Below, in pieces: positions 33,490 through 51,216 of a stretch of 64,000 nt of DNA; within the stretch, counting starts at the first letter, position 1; every line of letters starts with the position of its first letter. The notes under the pieces are model-generated. The model had not been told where the DNA came from. It saw nothing but the letters and a program-made list of their open reading frames with translations, and ran no database searches. Location: the NCBI RefSeq assembly GCF_009914755.1, contig NC_060936.1, one strand, 5' to 3'. A program made the position numbers and the translations under genes. Source of the stretch: the human T2T-CHM13v2.0 reference genome, Homo sapiens.

Positions 33490-34003
33490 TTAAATGCATA
33501 CAAAAATTTTTAAAAAGTTGATGGACACAAACAAATGTAGTAAAATAATGAAGAAAAGAAAGCATGATAAATATGAAATCTATGACAGAGGGGGGAAGGG
33601 AGGAGGGCAACTTGGGGAGCATGGCAGGTTTTGAGGATATTGATAAATTGCTATTTCCTACACTGGATGGTGGGAAGGCTCATATTATTCCTCTTTATAC
33701 AATGTCTATGTTTTCTATCATTTTTAAAGTATGAAGTTTTGTATAATTTGTGTAACTAAATAGGAAGGGGCCTTTTATTAGTCGAGAATGTGCCTGCAAA
33801 GCCCAAAGGGTGTTAATTATTGGAGGGAGGGGGAAGTCATCGATGGTGATGAACTGAAGTTCAGTCCAGTCTATGTGTCTCACTTCCTTTACTCTTGAGT
33901 CTCCAGTACCTTCCAAACGATGTAAGAGTAGTGATCCTGATCCCTCCCATCCAAGCTCTGGGCGTGGCCTCCGGAGAAGAAACATGAAAGTAGACAGAGA
34001 ATT

Positions 34004-34598
<595 letters not shown>

Positions 34599-35221
34599 TC
34601 AGCCGCCCCACTCCAGGGTCAGTGAGGATCCCCTCTTCCTGAGGCCCTGAAAAGTCCCCCAGGAGACAGCTGAGCGGGCCTTGATATGTGGACCCGCTAA
34701 CCCAGCTTGGCTGGAAGGAGGCTGCCAGTCTTCATTCTTATAACCTCTGGAATGAGGACTCAGACAGCACCCCACCCTCCACCACAGCCCTAACCATTGG
34801 AGACTGGAAGCTGAATGAAGCCTGATTCCAGTCTCCACACAGGTGGGATGCACGCCACCATCATTGGGAAATGATTTACAGCTGCACATTTGTGGCATGA
34901 AATAACATCCACCCAGATAATGAGAAAGCTTCTTTTCAATCCTGTTTTGGAAATCAAGTCTCACTCAGGTACACGTATAGTTTAACACCTCCTCAACACT
35001 GGCTAATTTCTCTTTAAAATTTTTTAACTGATACCTAATAATTATGCATGTTTATGGAATACACGGGATCTTTTAATACATGCAGACAATGTGCAGTGAT
35101 TAAATCAGGGTATTTAGGATCTCCATCATCATTTCTTTGTGTTGGAAACATTTCAAATCTTCTCTTTTAGCTATTTTGAAATAGGCAGGCAACTGAGTTT
35201 AGCTGTTTTCATGGTATTTAA

Positions 35222-35556
<335 letters not shown>

Positions 35557-36434
35557 AATAATAGTATTTTCTGTAGTAAAAATGGGATGACAGATTTTAG
35601 GTGCTTTTTACACTCAAAAACAGGTAACTATTTGAGATAATGGGTATGTTAATACGCTTGACAGTAGTAATCAAAACATCATGTTGTATGCCTTAAATGT
35701 ATACTTTTAAAATGAATAAAAATGATATATAAAGTGAAAAAAAGAAGAAACAAGAAGAAACATGGTCTTCAGAGCAGACTCTCTTGGGTCAAATTCCTGC
35801 TCTCCTGCTTCCTACATGAGCAATGCAGGCAAGGGGCTGTATATCTCCATGCATGTTACCTTGTCTGTGTAAATGAGAATAGTCGTGTCTGCCTGCAGAA
35901 CAGATTGAATTTCTGTGGTATTGAGCCATGAAGCTGGCAGTACTTTGTTAGGGAAGCCCCAGTAAACTCATACTTGCAGACATAGCAACAATTATAGTGG
36001 CACGGATGGGTCTGATTCAGAAACGCTGCATTCCAGGTGGTCCCTGGGTCCCCTTTCTTGTACCACCTCTTTGCATGGTCCCCTCTGATGACCCAGCTCA
36101 CACCCCACTGTCTGAGGGTCTGAGGCTTGTGCCCCACATCAGCTTGTGACTATCTCTGGGCAGGATCTGGTCAGTCCTCCATTCAAAAGCCACCATCAAA
36201 CCAACCCTCTGGCAAAGTGGTCCTGCCTGAAATTCATGTCTAGGTGAAACTGACTGGCGTGAACCATTCCCTGGATCAGAGACCACCTATGGGTGTTGAG
36301 ATAAAGCAATGTGGGCAGGGTTGTGTGTTAAGTTGGTAAACTACTCCCCAGAGTGCTGGGAGCTTGGCTGTTGAGGGCTGTGGACTTGGAGGAAGGCCTG
36401 AGATCCAGACAAAAGTCCAAATAGGTAAAATTGG

Positions 36435-36797
36435 TGGATTAGTCTGTTCTCACGCTGCCAATAAAGACATACCCGAGACTGGCTAATTTATAAAGGAAAG
36501 GAGGTTTAATGGACTCACAGTTCCACATGGCTGGGGAGGCCTCACAATCACGGCAGAAGGTGAAGGAGGAGCAAAGGCACATCTTTCATGGTGGCAGGCA
36601 AGAGTGTGTGCAGGGGAACTGCCCTTTATAAAACCATCAGATCTCGTGAGACTTATTCACTACCACGAGAACAGCATGGGAAACACCTGCCCCCATGACT
36701 CAATTACCTCCCACAGAGTCCCTCCCATGACATGTGGGAATTATGGGAGCTACAATTCAAGATGAGATTTGGTTGGGGTCACAGCCAAACCATGTCA
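36435..36797 (-). mobile_element. THE1B/C solo LTR
   Basis: ttagtctgttctcacgctgccaataaagacatacccgagactgg...cagccaaaccatgtca. TSD attgg/atggg. Confidence 0.92.
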
Positions 36798-36874
36798 ATG
36801 GGTAACACAATATGTAACAGACATCTGTTAATTTGTTTAAGTTTCCTTCCTGTTACTTTGGAAACACTATTCCA

Positions 36875-37185
<311 letters not shown>

Positions 37186-37189
37186 CTGT

Positions 37190-37685
37190 ATCCCAGAATT
37201 TCCTCAGGGAGCCACAGTCCCCCAGTCTTTATCCATGTGGTTTGGGACAGCCGGTCCTGATCTGCTTTCCAGGGCTGTGGTGTGAACCAGTCCTGGCCAG
37301 TGGGAGGTTTGCACATTCCTGGCTGTGGTGATGAGCATGTGTCTGTAACCTTTCCAGTCAGAACCAACGAGATCAATTCTGAGACTCTTATTGGAACTTG
37401 TGGGAAGGAGAAACCTGATTTTCACAGGGGTCAATGTTGGTAGAATAAAAGCATGGAGTTCCTGGATCAGAAGCTCTTGCAGCCTTGCAGAATAAATTGA
37501 GAGTGAAGTCAACACAGATAAAACCATACCCAAAAGATGGGAAGAGACAGAGTGCTGGTACCATGATGTGAGCTGCTGGATCCACCCATACCTGAAATCC
37601 ACATGTAGGCTTTCATTTACTTGCACCAATTAGTTTCCTATCATGCTTAAGCCAGACTGTGTTGGATTTCTGATGCTTCTAACCT
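37190..37685 (+). mobile_element. Old MLT1K/L-like LTR
   Basis: gagctgctggatccacccatacctgaa and gcttaagccag..gttggatttctg. Confidence 0.55.
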
Positions 37686-38299
37686 TATATAGAAATCTGT
37701 CTCTCCAGTACTGATGAACCTTTATAGGGTTACATGCAACAGCAGACAGACTTTCTTTTTACTTCAGGCAAGGTTAGACCACATAAAGTCTCTGTGTCTT
37801 GGATGAACTTCTCTCAACAAGATAAGAGCCATCTGAACTAATGAGTAAGGGAAGTAATGGCTTTACTTAATTGGAGTGATATAAATTGCTGTAATGTGAA
37901 TTGTCTGCACAAGACAGAAATTCATGGAGGTGTTCTGTTCTAACCTGTGACCTACCATTATAAAGGTTCTGAAGTGAAGGGTCTATTCTCCCCTGATGCT
38001 GGACTTTTCAAAGCACAGCAATTTTGTTTCATTTTGAAAGGCCATAGTGAAGCCAGCAGCTTACTCAGCACTTTCTGCCAACTATTAACTTCTCTCACAT
38101 CAATGGCCAGACACTCAGACCCTGCCCAGCCCAGGTAGGTGATGCCAATGCACTAACCAGCCAGGGAGAGGGTATAGGTGTGCCTCTTCTGAGCCACCAG
38201 AACTGCAGCAATTCAGAAGAGATGCCCCTTCCAAAGGAGACAGCCTAGGGCCTAGAATCCAATCCTGACCAATTTTCTGATGTCTTTGGAAGTCTGGAT

Positions 38300-38615
38300 T
38301 TTCTTTTTCTTTTTCTTTTTTTTTTTCCTTTTTGAGACAGAGTCTCACTCTATCACCCAGGCTGGAGTGCAGTGGCATAATCTCAGCTCATGGCAATCTC
38401 TGCCTCCTGGGCTCAAGTGATTCTCGTGCCTAAGCCTCTTGAGTAGCTGGAATTATAGGCGCCCACCACTATGCCCGGTTAATTTTTGTAATTTTAGTAG
38501 AGATGGGGTTTCACCATGTTGGCCAGGCTGGTCTCGAACTCCCAATCTTAGGTGATCCACTCGCCTTGGCCTCCCAAAGTGCAGAGATTACAGGTGTGAG
38601 CCCACCACACCTGGC
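38300..38615 (-). mobile_element. AluS
   Basis: Antisense dimer. TSD GAAGTCTGGATTTTCT. Confidence 0.93.
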
Positions 38616-38667
38616 CAGAAGTCTGGATTTTCTAAAGTAAAAAAATCCCCTGATTCTTTCTCCAGTG

Positions 38668-39421
<754 letters not shown>

Positions 39422-39829
39422 TCAACTGAAGAAAATAATCTCCAAGCTGAGCAGAGTGTCCCCAAATGCCACACACGGCCGGCGAGTGCCTGTTGGTGAT
39501 CTCGGCCTCCTGTAGCCTCAGGATCTGACCCGCCCCAACCTGGTCCAAGGCTCAGGATGAAAATCTCCTCCAGCACAGCAAGCAGCTTTGGAAACGCCGG
39601 CTCCTGGAACTCACAGGGGCCAACACTAGTCCCTGGAAGAACCGGGTGAATGAGGGGAGGGTGTCTGGATCCAACGCTCTGGGAAGTGCCCCATTGGCGG
39701 TTCCCAGACCATTTCTGTCTTGGGAAAAATTCCAGCGTGTGTGCAAGGCGTCTGTCCAGGTCAGCGCCTCTGAGTTGGCCGTCTCTGTTCGGGTCTTCCC
39801 ATGCGAGGAGTGCCCTCAGTTCACCTAGA

Positions 39830-40198
39830 TGACTTTCCAGAACTCACCTCTGACTCCACAGTGGGGATGCCTGGAAACCTGCTCAGCACTGGCCCTTGGA
39901 TAACCCGGGAGCTGGCAGCTATGCTCAAGGAATCATGCTCGTGGAGGGAGGATGAGACCAATGGATAGCTTCCCCCGCCTACCCTGTCTTGTGCCCAAGC
40001 AGACAGCTCTGAGATGCATTTGAAAAGGCTCCTCCAAAGGACCCAGGGAGTCCGGCCCCAGGCACCCAGGGTGGCTACCAGCTCCGGAACTTCTCTTTCT
40101 CCTACTCTCCTTTCTCCCCGTTTTCACTCCCTGTTCCTCACTCCTGCTCCTGAGGCCGCATCTCAGGCTGTCTTCCAGGGAAGCCCAGGCTTGAGGCA
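39830..40198 (+). mobile_element. LTR16-like ERVL LTR
   Basis: gacagctctgagatgcatt and ctcaggctgtcttccagggaagcccagg end. Confidence 0.55.
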
Positions 40199-40504
40199 TG
40201 TTCATTCTCTCAAAGTGCGGGAGCAAATCTGCAAGGGCGTATGTCCCCGTACATGACAGACGACTGGTGTGTTCAAAAATCGTATTGACTTTGAACCTAA
40301 GAGGTTTTGGAAAAACAACTTGAGTGACCAGGTTCCATACGAACATTCTGGCAAAAGCTAACGGTATTCTTCTCTGCACAATTTCGTTGTTGGAGGCATT
40401 CAAGAAAATTTCTTTGCAGTTTTTGAAAATAGCCTGTAGTTCTATGTTTCGGCCACTAGATAGCAGGCTGAATAAGAAATGCTGGACATCTAATGGGAAT
40501 CTCA

Positions 40505-41179
<675 letters not shown>

Positions 41180-41259
41180 TCACCGCCTCTACACGTCAGC
41201 CCTGCCTCCCCCATCTCCCTCCCAGACCTTCTTTCTGTTCACTGCATGCATCAAGCTTT

Positions 41260-41625
41260 CTCCTGACTTTGGGCTTTTCCCTTAGTTCTCCTGGCCTGAA
41301 ACTCTGTCCTTCGATATTAGCAAGCTGGCTCCTGGTCCCTCGGCGTCCCTGGACAAGCCAACCTAAGGCAGACCCCCTCCTCCATCTTCATCATGCATCA
41401 CATCATCTTCTATTGCTTCTTCAAAACGCTTTCACTTTCTGATATGTGACTGTTTGATGACACGTTTATTCTCTGTCTCTTGCATGAAAATGTGGGCTCC
41501 AGGAAAGCTGAGTTCCTGTTTAGTTCACTGCTGTGTCCCTGTCTAAAATGGAGCTACAGCATAAATATACAGGTGGCTGAGGGATATTTGTTGAGTGACT
41601 GAATGATGGGAGTGAATGAATGAAC
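41260..41625 (+). mobile_element. L2 3' end
   Basis: gttcactgctgtgtccc..atatttgttgagtgactgaatga. Confidence 0.7.
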
Positions 41626-41675
41626 GACCTCTGATGCACAATGATAACCAGGCTGAATCTTCTTCTCTGACTCTC

Positions 41676-42150
41676 CTTTTTTTTGAGATAGAGTCTTTCT
41701 CTGTGGCCCAGGCTGCAGTGCAGAGGCACGATCTCTGCTCACTGCAACCTCCACTTCCCCGGTTCAAGTAATTCTCGTGCTTCGGCCTCCTGAGTAGCTT
41801 GGCTTACAGGTGCTCACCACCATGTCTGGCTAATTTTTTTTTTCCTCTTTTTGAGAGGGAGTCTTGCTCTGTCACCCAGGCTAGAGTGCGCTGGTGTGAT
41901 CTTGGCTCACTGCAACCTCCGCCTCCTGGGTTCAAGTGATTCTCCTGCCTCAGCGGAGACTTGAGAATCTCCTGAGTAGCTTGGCTTACAGGTACTCACC
42001 ATCACGCCTGGCTAATTTTTGTGTTTTTTTAGTAGAGACGGGACTTTGCCCTGTTGGCCAGGTTGGCCTTGAACTCGTGACCTCAAGTGATCTGCCTGCC
42101 TCACCCTCCCAAAGTGCTGGGATTACAGGTGTGAGCCTCTGTGCCCGGCC
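41676..42150 (-). mobile_element. AluS with an inserted extra right-arm fragment
   Basis: Outer TSD TCTCTGACTCTC (41664, 42151) and an internal ~50-bp duplicated block. Confidence 0.88.
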
Positions 42151-43011
42151 TCTCTGACTCTCTTGGCATTGCTTCCGATGTTATTATGATTCATTGTGAA
42201 TGAGTCGATTTGAACTCAGCATGGTGTCCAGAACATTAGAAAAATGCTGACCTGTGTGGTTTGCTTTATGTCTTTGAAATATCTGAGCCCTAAAGAGCAG
42301 TAAGCGGGAAGTCCTTTGGGTATACCGGGCTTGGTTTGGGTTAAAGATTTTAAATGCTGAGCATAAATCCACCCTGAAGCTTCTCTGATGCTCCCTGAAC
42401 TGTGTCCATTCCTTCCCTCTAGAAAAGACAAATGACTTACATAGAAGTGAAGTTGTAAATTCTGGCTCATTTAGGTGGCTTTGGATAAGTCACCCATTTA
42501 CATTTCAGAGTAGCCAGAGATTGTGCTGCGCGTGGGGGAGTGCCAGGGATGTTACAGTCTGAAATAGACAAGTCCAAGGGCTGAGAAACGGAGTGACCAC
42601 GTGCAGCAGGGCCTGGCAGGAGAGGTGGGGGCGGCTGAGTCTGAAAGGGCAGAAACAGTCCTGCCTGTGTTCACTGTTGCAGCCTTTTGTTCATCATGGA
42701 GTTTTTTGCATTAATTTTGAGTTTTTAAAATATTGAGTTAAATATTTTTTATCCTGGCTACCAAGATTTTTGGCACTCCATTCAACTTCGTGCCCCATCT
42801 CAGCCCTGGGGCATAGGATAGCTTCACCATGCTGCCTACGGGGGAGCTGGGGTAGGGAACCAGTCCCTGGTTTCCCCAAATTCAAAAGACCCAGGAGAGA
42901 ATGCTGAACTACCTTAGGGCTGTGAGATGATCACTTACTTCTGTAGCTTCAAAAACATGACGAAGCACGTGAGTGCGGCCTGGAAGTTTTACTACATTCA
43001 AACCAATATCC

Positions 43012-43873
43012 TCCATTCATTTCCTATTGCTGCTTCAACGAAGTATCGAAAACCTGGTGGCCTAAAACAGCACAGATGTATTATTCTTCAGTTCTGGAGG
43101 TCAGAGTCTGAAATGGGACTCACTGGTCACTCCAGACACTGTGCCTGGTAAAATTCCTATGTGACAGCCCAGTCACCAGGGTGATGGTATCAGGAGGTGG
43201 GGCTTTGGGAGGCAATCAGGCCTGGAGGGTGGCACCCTCGTGATGGGGTTAGTGCCCTTATGAGAAGGGATAGGAAGGAGAGGATCTCTGCCTCACGTGA
43301 GGACACAGCATGAAACAGGCAGTGGGCAAATCAGGAGGGGCCTCACCAGCCATCCAATCAGCCAGTGCCTTGACCTTGGACGCCGCAGCCCCCAGGACTC
43401 TGAAGAATCTATTCCTGTTGTTGAAGCCGTCCCAATAATATTCTGGTCATAGCAGCCCGAACGAATTAACACACTGGCTAAAATCAAGCGTGCTGACAGA
43501 GCCGTGTTCCCCCTGCAGGTTCCAGGGGGAGAACCTATTTCCCGGCCTCTTCCAGCTTCCAGAGGCGCCCAAACCCCTGAGGCGCTCAAGCCCCTGAGCT
43601 TGTGGCCCCTCCCTCCTCCAGAGCACGTCACTCCCACCTGGATCTTGTCCTCCCATCTTCTGATTCTGACCTCCTGCCTCCGTCTTTCACTCATAATGAG
43701 CCTTGTGACCTTGGGGCCCACCTGGCTAGTCCAGGACAATCTGCTCATCTCCACAGCATCAACATAATCGCACAAGAAAGATGCCCTCTGTCATGTGAGG
43801 TGACAATCACAGGTTCCGGGATCAGGGCAGGACACCTTGGGTTGGGGGCGGGGGTGGTAATTATTCAGCCCAC
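43012..43873 (-). mobile_element. MLT1C/D LTR interrupted by a plus-strand MLT1A-like LTR (~43125-43473)
   Basis: tttcctattgctgc..cagttctggaggtcaga, then gtgatggtatcaggaggtggggctttgggagg, then aaatcaag..ccttccagcttccagagg resumes. Confidence 0.8.
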
Positions 43874-43919
43874 AGCAAAGCTGGTCTGAATCCTAACCCA
43901 AAGTTAATTAAAATGGAAA

Positions 43920-44142
43920 AAATTCAAGAGATCTATTGCATAACACAGCTATAGTTAATAGCAAGGTATTATGTTCTTGAAATTGATGAGAGGTCTCAAG
44001 TGTTATTAATCACAAGTAAAATATGTGCAGTAATGCACGTTAATTAGCTCGATGTAACCATTCCACCATGTATACGTTTCCGAATGTGTGGTACACAATA
44101 AATATTAATATATACAATTTGTGTCAATTTAGTAAGTTTTTT
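43920..44142 (+). mobile_element. L1MA 3' end
   Basis: aattcaagagatctattg..ccattccaccatgtatac. Confidence 0.8.
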
Positions 44143-44270
44143 TAATGGAGAACAAGCTCATGATCTAATGCCTGCTCCCAACACTAACTCACTTTAAGAG
44201 GCTGCCTTGGGTGAAGGACCCTGTGAGGCGCTTGCTTAGGGCAGGGCTCCTGGCACTGGCCAGCAGGTCA

Positions 44271-44648
<378 letters not shown>

Positions 44649-46412
44649 TCATCAGGGGATCCCGGAGGCTGCTGGCAAAAAACGCCAGAGGCGAGTCCTC
44701 CTGGCCCAGGGAGACTGCTCCAGCTTGGAGAGGGGGCACAGCTGGCTCCTGGAGCAGGTGTTTTCACTTTGGTCACCATCCACACTGGTGGTCAAATGCT
44801 GCAAAGTGCCTGAGCAGGATCAGGCATCTACAAATGGGCGCCCCTCCCCAGCCCACCAACCTCATAATCCCTCCAAGAAACCTATGTGGAGGGGACGATT
44901 TCCTGGCCTGGGCATGGGGAGGTGCGAGGGCCCAGGGGTGGGGCTCAGTGGTTGGTGCTGGGCAGGAGTGGTCCTGGGCACCAGCCCTCAAGGGTCCACC
45001 TGCTCACGAGGCAAGTTGTGCCCATCCCACGCACACTCACTCCCTCGTCCCATCTCACGGCGTCTTCCCGCCTACTGTAGGTTTCTGTGTAGAAGGCCAT
45101 GCCCCTCCAGAAAGGACTCTCGGTCCAAATCCTGTGGCCCATCCCTGAGTGACAGCTCCGAGTACCTCTTTCCCATTTCCCTGATGGATGTGAAATTGCA
45201 GTGTGAGCATGAAAAGCAGCTCTCCAGAAGAGCTTCTGCCCGGCGGAGATGGGATTCCAGTTTGAGTGGCGTAATGAAGTGCTCCTTCATCAGCCTTAAC
45301 ACGCAGAGCACAGGTTTAACTTCTGGTGGGTATAAATGGGCTATTGCGGTTTTTCTGACTTCAGGAACATACGACTTTTGAGTTCAGGATGTAGAAAAAT
45401 TAAAGTCCTAGACCAAAAAATGAAAAGGAAATAAGGTGGCCCGCTGGGGCTTGTTTTCTCTGCTCGGGGAGTTTGGATGACTTCAGAGCGGGGAGGGCTC
45501 TTTTCTTAATTCAGTTCTCTAAAGTTGGTAATTTTGTTCATGTCCGTATCTGTACCCATGAAGTAAATTTGTGCAGTAATATAAAGAATAAAATTTCATG
45601 TCTAGATCTGTAGGAAAGAAGTTTAATTTTATAAGCTATTAGCACTGCCGGTCCTGGAGGGAGCAGTTTTAGCATTCTTACCAGCTTTGTGAGGAAGGCA
45701 TTGTTGATTGACGATGAGCTTCTCCTGTGACAACATGCCAGGGCTTCACGCAGGTGGCTTCAACACCCTGGAATTTGGCTGCCAGGCAGCAAAGTTTGGT
45801 TTCTGTGCCACTGGAGCAGGCAGGATGACAGCCCCTAAGGAGGTCCCAATTCCCTTCCTCCAAGGACACCAGTCACATTGGATTTAGGCCCCACATGAAT
45901 CCAGTGTGGCCCCATCTTAACTTGATTCCATCTGCAAAGACACTTTGTCCAAATGAGGTCACAGGTTCTGGATGGACATGAAGGCTGGGGCTATTATTAG
46001 TCAGCCCAGTACAGCAGCCATCTACTTCTCTGATGCTGAGAGGTGGCTATGTCACAGGAGGGCTGGCTCCCATGGCCTCGAACATTCATGCTGGGTTGGG
46101 CCTGCCTGGCCCTAAGTCCTGCAGAGCCGTGTGGATGCATGGCTTTTTCCACTCCCTCTTTTTCTCCTCCAAGTTCACAGCCCCCTCTGTTTACCCCTTA
46201 GGCTTTGCTAACAGTGAGGACCTGGAGGCTTCTTTCTCCCTGAATGGCATCCTCTTGCCAGGCTCAGGATCCTGCTGTGTGTAAGGGCCAGTAAAAGCAT
46301 CTGCACCATTTACACCTCACTTTTGACTCACTAAATCCAAACCCCAGCCTTCACCAAACACAGAGAGCTAGGTCAGGAATCCAGCCCTTTCCCACAAAAA
46401 TAATAGTCACAT

Positions 46413-47440
<1,028 letters not shown>

Positions 47441-47904
47441 TCACTTTACTCCGATGCCAGACTTTCAGGAAGAAGCTTATTTTCACTTCTCCATTCTTAA
47501 AAGTGGAAACCTCCCTTGCCCTGCATTCCTCTTTTCTGTGAGTCCCTTGAGGGCGTCTCCTCTCTCCTCCAGCTGTCTGCAACCTGTCAGGACCCCACAC
47601 AGAGCTCAGCTTGCCGGCAGGAGCCTGTGACACGTGGACCACCCCATCCTCTGGAAACACTCCCTTCACTTGGCTTCCAAGACACCTCCTTAGCCTGGGA
47701 ACCTCAGGTCCCTACTCCATCAACATCCAGGCCCTCACCGAGCACCCGCAGGTGACTCCAAATGCATCCTTCCCAACCCCAATCACTGCAATCAGACGTG
47801 CAGAGCCGCTTTTGGACAGCTGTCTGGAGAAGCCCTTTAGGCTTGAAAGAAGGGATTCGTGATTGACTTGAGAGTTCCAGAAAAGGATTAATATACCAAT
47901 ACAG

Positions 47905-48152
47905 TTTTTATTTATTTATTTTTTGAGACGGAGTCTCCCTCTGTCACCTAGGTTGGAGTGCAGTGGCGCGATCTGGGTTCACTGCAATCTCCGCCTCGCA
48001 GGTTCAAGTGATTTTCCTGCCTCAGCCTCCTGAGTAGCTGGGGTTACAGGCATGCACCACCACGCCCGGCTAATTTTTTGTATTTTTAATAGAGACGGGG
48101 TTTCACCATGTTGGCCAGGCTGGTCCCAAACTCCTGACCTCCAGCAATCTGC
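47905..48152 (-). mobile_element. AluS, 5'-truncated
   Basis: Antisense Alu ending at gacctccagcaatctgcc. Confidence 0.9.
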
Positions 48153-49639
48153 CCTGACAGCAGCTCTGATTAAGCAACAGGGAGATGCTAGGGATGGGTA
48201 AGGGGAGTTATGCAATGGACCTGCCCAACTTCAACTCCCACCATCAAAGCCCTAGAGGTCAAGGGGCTCATCCTGCGTTTCTGGGAAATGCCGTGCTACC
48301 TGTCGGCCTCCTCAACTCCCTATGCGTTCTGTGGCTGAATTTTGATGTCACTAGAGACACAGCCCGGCACAGAGACCAGAACACAGGTTTCTGTGCCGTC
48401 CTCACCACTGGGAGGCTGTGACCAGGCCTAGTCCCTGAACGTCTGGGGGTGTCTGCTCATCTCGTCTCAAGACACGTCTCTCACGATGCATTGGTTTGGG
48501 ATTCGGTCAAACAGAGAAAAAACAAGGTCCCTGGCACTGGGCTGGCTTCCTCTCCATGCAGCCCTTTGACAACCTGAGCATGCTTAGCTCATTTGGAAAC
48601 CAGCAAATGCTGAGTTTTCTTGTTACTATCCAGCTTTCCATCATTCGGCTGCTTTTTCTTTCACCCTTTACATTCTGTACTTTTCATTTGCTTAATAGAT
48701 TCTAGTCCAACAAATCACTTTGTAGGCATTATCTCCTTTAAAAGGCCCTATTTCCAAAAGAAGAACATGTGAGAATGAACATTTAAAAATAGTTACTCAA
48801 GTGACTTCATTGTTTGAGAATCCCCATTAACATATGTGGCCCGTGTTAATAACAGTGTGTATCACTCTGCGGCACACAGCAGTTTCACATTATTGCAGCA
48901 TTCCGCTCCTGCTTAATGTGCTTTTTTTTCCAGGTGATGGGATTTTGCACCAAGTGAAATAATTGGTAATATTGAGGATCATCCATTTTTTATTACCTAG
49001 AATTCAGAAGTGATCAGGACGGGCCTGGTGTGACTCTGAGATGATGGGCTGTTGGGAAGTGTGATGTGATGTGGTACTGTGCGCTCTCCAATCCTCCGGG
49101 AAGCAGCATCTCGGCCCCTGGGGGTGGGGGGCACGAGGCCGGCCCCAGGGACCCTGTACTTGTACAGCCCGTCCGCAAATTCAGGCAGGACATGCGGTCG
49201 CAGTCTCACCCTGGGATCACTGACCACAGGCCCAGTGGGTCCCTGTCAGTCTTAAGAACTTTTTCTCCCCATCTGCCCATGACACTGTGGAGAAATGAAA
49301 AGCTCTGTCCTGCCCAGCTTCCCCGAAAAGAAAGTCTGGCTGAGCATCTTCACATGGAGCGAGAAGACGTTTGCTTCATGAGGCCAAGAAAAGCCAGTTA
49401 CACACACACCGACGTCTTCAGGGCAGGCACATGTTTCATGCTTATTTATTCAATCACCGCTTCATGCTGTAGGGTGAACCTGATCAACTATCTAAATTCA
49501 GAAGAAAATGTAAAAAGTTGTCTGATAAAAAAACAGTCTTTACTCTCACAGAACACTTCTGATGCAGGATGGGAAAGTGGCTCTCCTTCCCCACGTCACA
49601 CGATGCTCCGGCGGACACTGAGCATCCTATAATATCCTG

Positions 49640-50437
49640 GCATATGCCCTGCCACCACCCACCTGGAGGCAGCATCAGGATCCCAGGGCTGAGGGCTCAG
49701 GCCCACGAGGCTGCCCGCCCCGGCAGATGCCAGGCGCAAGTAGTGGGCTGTCACCTACGCTTCTGACCAACTACAGAGCAGGAACTCCCTCTCCAGGTTC
49801 AGCTGATTTGCCAGAGCAGCTCTGAGCTCGGGAAACGCTTTACTCACGCGTGCCCGTTTATTATCAAGGCTGTGACAAGGGCACAGAGGAACGGCAGATG
49901 GAGGTGTGCAGGGTGAGGTGTGTGGGAAGGGGACCGGGAAGCTCCCATGCCCGCTGGGTGTGCCACCCTCGGGGAACCCCCATGAGTTCAGCAACCAGGA
50001 AGTTCTCAGAACCCCAGGCCTCTGGGGTTTTATGGAGGCTTCATTACGTAGTCATGACTGATGACACACCACTGGCCACTGGTGATCGACTCCACCTTCT
50101 ACCCCCACCCCCCCAACTTCCTGGAGGTGGGGGAGGGGGAGGGCTGAAAGTCCCCCCACTCCAATCACCAGACTGGTTCCCCGAGCAAGCACCCCCTCTC
50201 CTGAGGCTGTCCAGGAGCCACCACAGATGGCCTCATTAGAACAAAAGATGCTCCCATCACCCAGGAAATTACAAAGGCCTTAGCAGCTCTAGGCCAGGAG
50301 CTGGGGTCAAGGGGTCAAAGAGCAAATATGAAAATGTGGGCTTCTCCTCGTGCCCTATCTACAGGGGTTGCAGGAGTTCTGTCCCAGGGATTTAGGGCCC
50401 AGACCACATCTGTTTCTTATCTCATCACAATATCACA
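49640..50437 (-). mobile_element. MER21-family LTR
   Basis: cttctgaccaact, cattagaacaaaagatgctcccatcacccaggaaatt, and a cacaatatcaca end. Confidence 0.8.
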
Positions 50438-51210
50438 GGCTGGTACCCTGATGACTCTGTCAACCCTCCAACTGACTTTCTGGAGAGAATTTCCCTCGTA
50501 ACATCGAGGGTGCACCTAGCTAGGAGCAGGGGCTGGCGGGACAGACGGAGCGGATGGATGTGGTTACTCACTCACCGTTCACACAGCCCGGGGCATCAAG
50601 GGCACAACGCACCGGAGGAAGGATCCGAGAGCTCTCCCGACGCCACCTGCCTTTCCCCTTTTGTGCAAAGGCCTTATGAAGAAAATCTGTTTGACACCAT
50701 GGGTTATTTTTACATGTGATATATCCTGAAGACATGAGTTCTGTCTCCGGAAAGTGGTATCCTTCGTAGCACAAGGCTTTTCGAAACCTGCCCCGTTTTT
50801 TTTAACCTGGGCTCACAACTCCGGCCCCTCTGAGATCCAGTGATACCATGAGTGTCATCTGTATTCACTCTATCCTACTTCCACTGGTTGAAATGTCTTG
50901 TATTTTTCTATAGTTTTTCTATACTTTCTATTACACAATGAACAACAACGTGAGGGTTTTTTGGTTTGTTTTTTGTCTTCTCCAAATGCTGAAACTACCC
51001 TTCCATGCAGAGGAGGCTGCAGAATCAGGAGACGCGCCGGAGCATCCGAGGGCTGTGCAGGAGCGCACTTCCCCACCCTCCCCTCAGTTCCCGACTCGGG
51101 AAGCTCTGCGCCTTCTACACGACAGGGGAGGAATCCACACGCCACACCAGCAGCGACTGAGGACAAACCACGCAAAGAACCGGCTCATGGATTTCGCATT
51201 TGAGATGCTT

Positions 51211-51216
51211 TTTATA
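51211..51216 (-). terminator. Distal poly(A) signal, variant TATAAA
   Basis: Minus strand TTATTATAAAAAGCATCTCA, with five UGUA upstream (51235-51303) and GU-rich GGTTCTTTGCGTGGTTTGT downstream. Confidence 0.6.

Noticed and set aside
40451-40465. CTCF-like GGCCACTAGATAGCA
   Set aside because: Mismatch at a highly conserved G of the core, so it cannot be supported without ChIP data.
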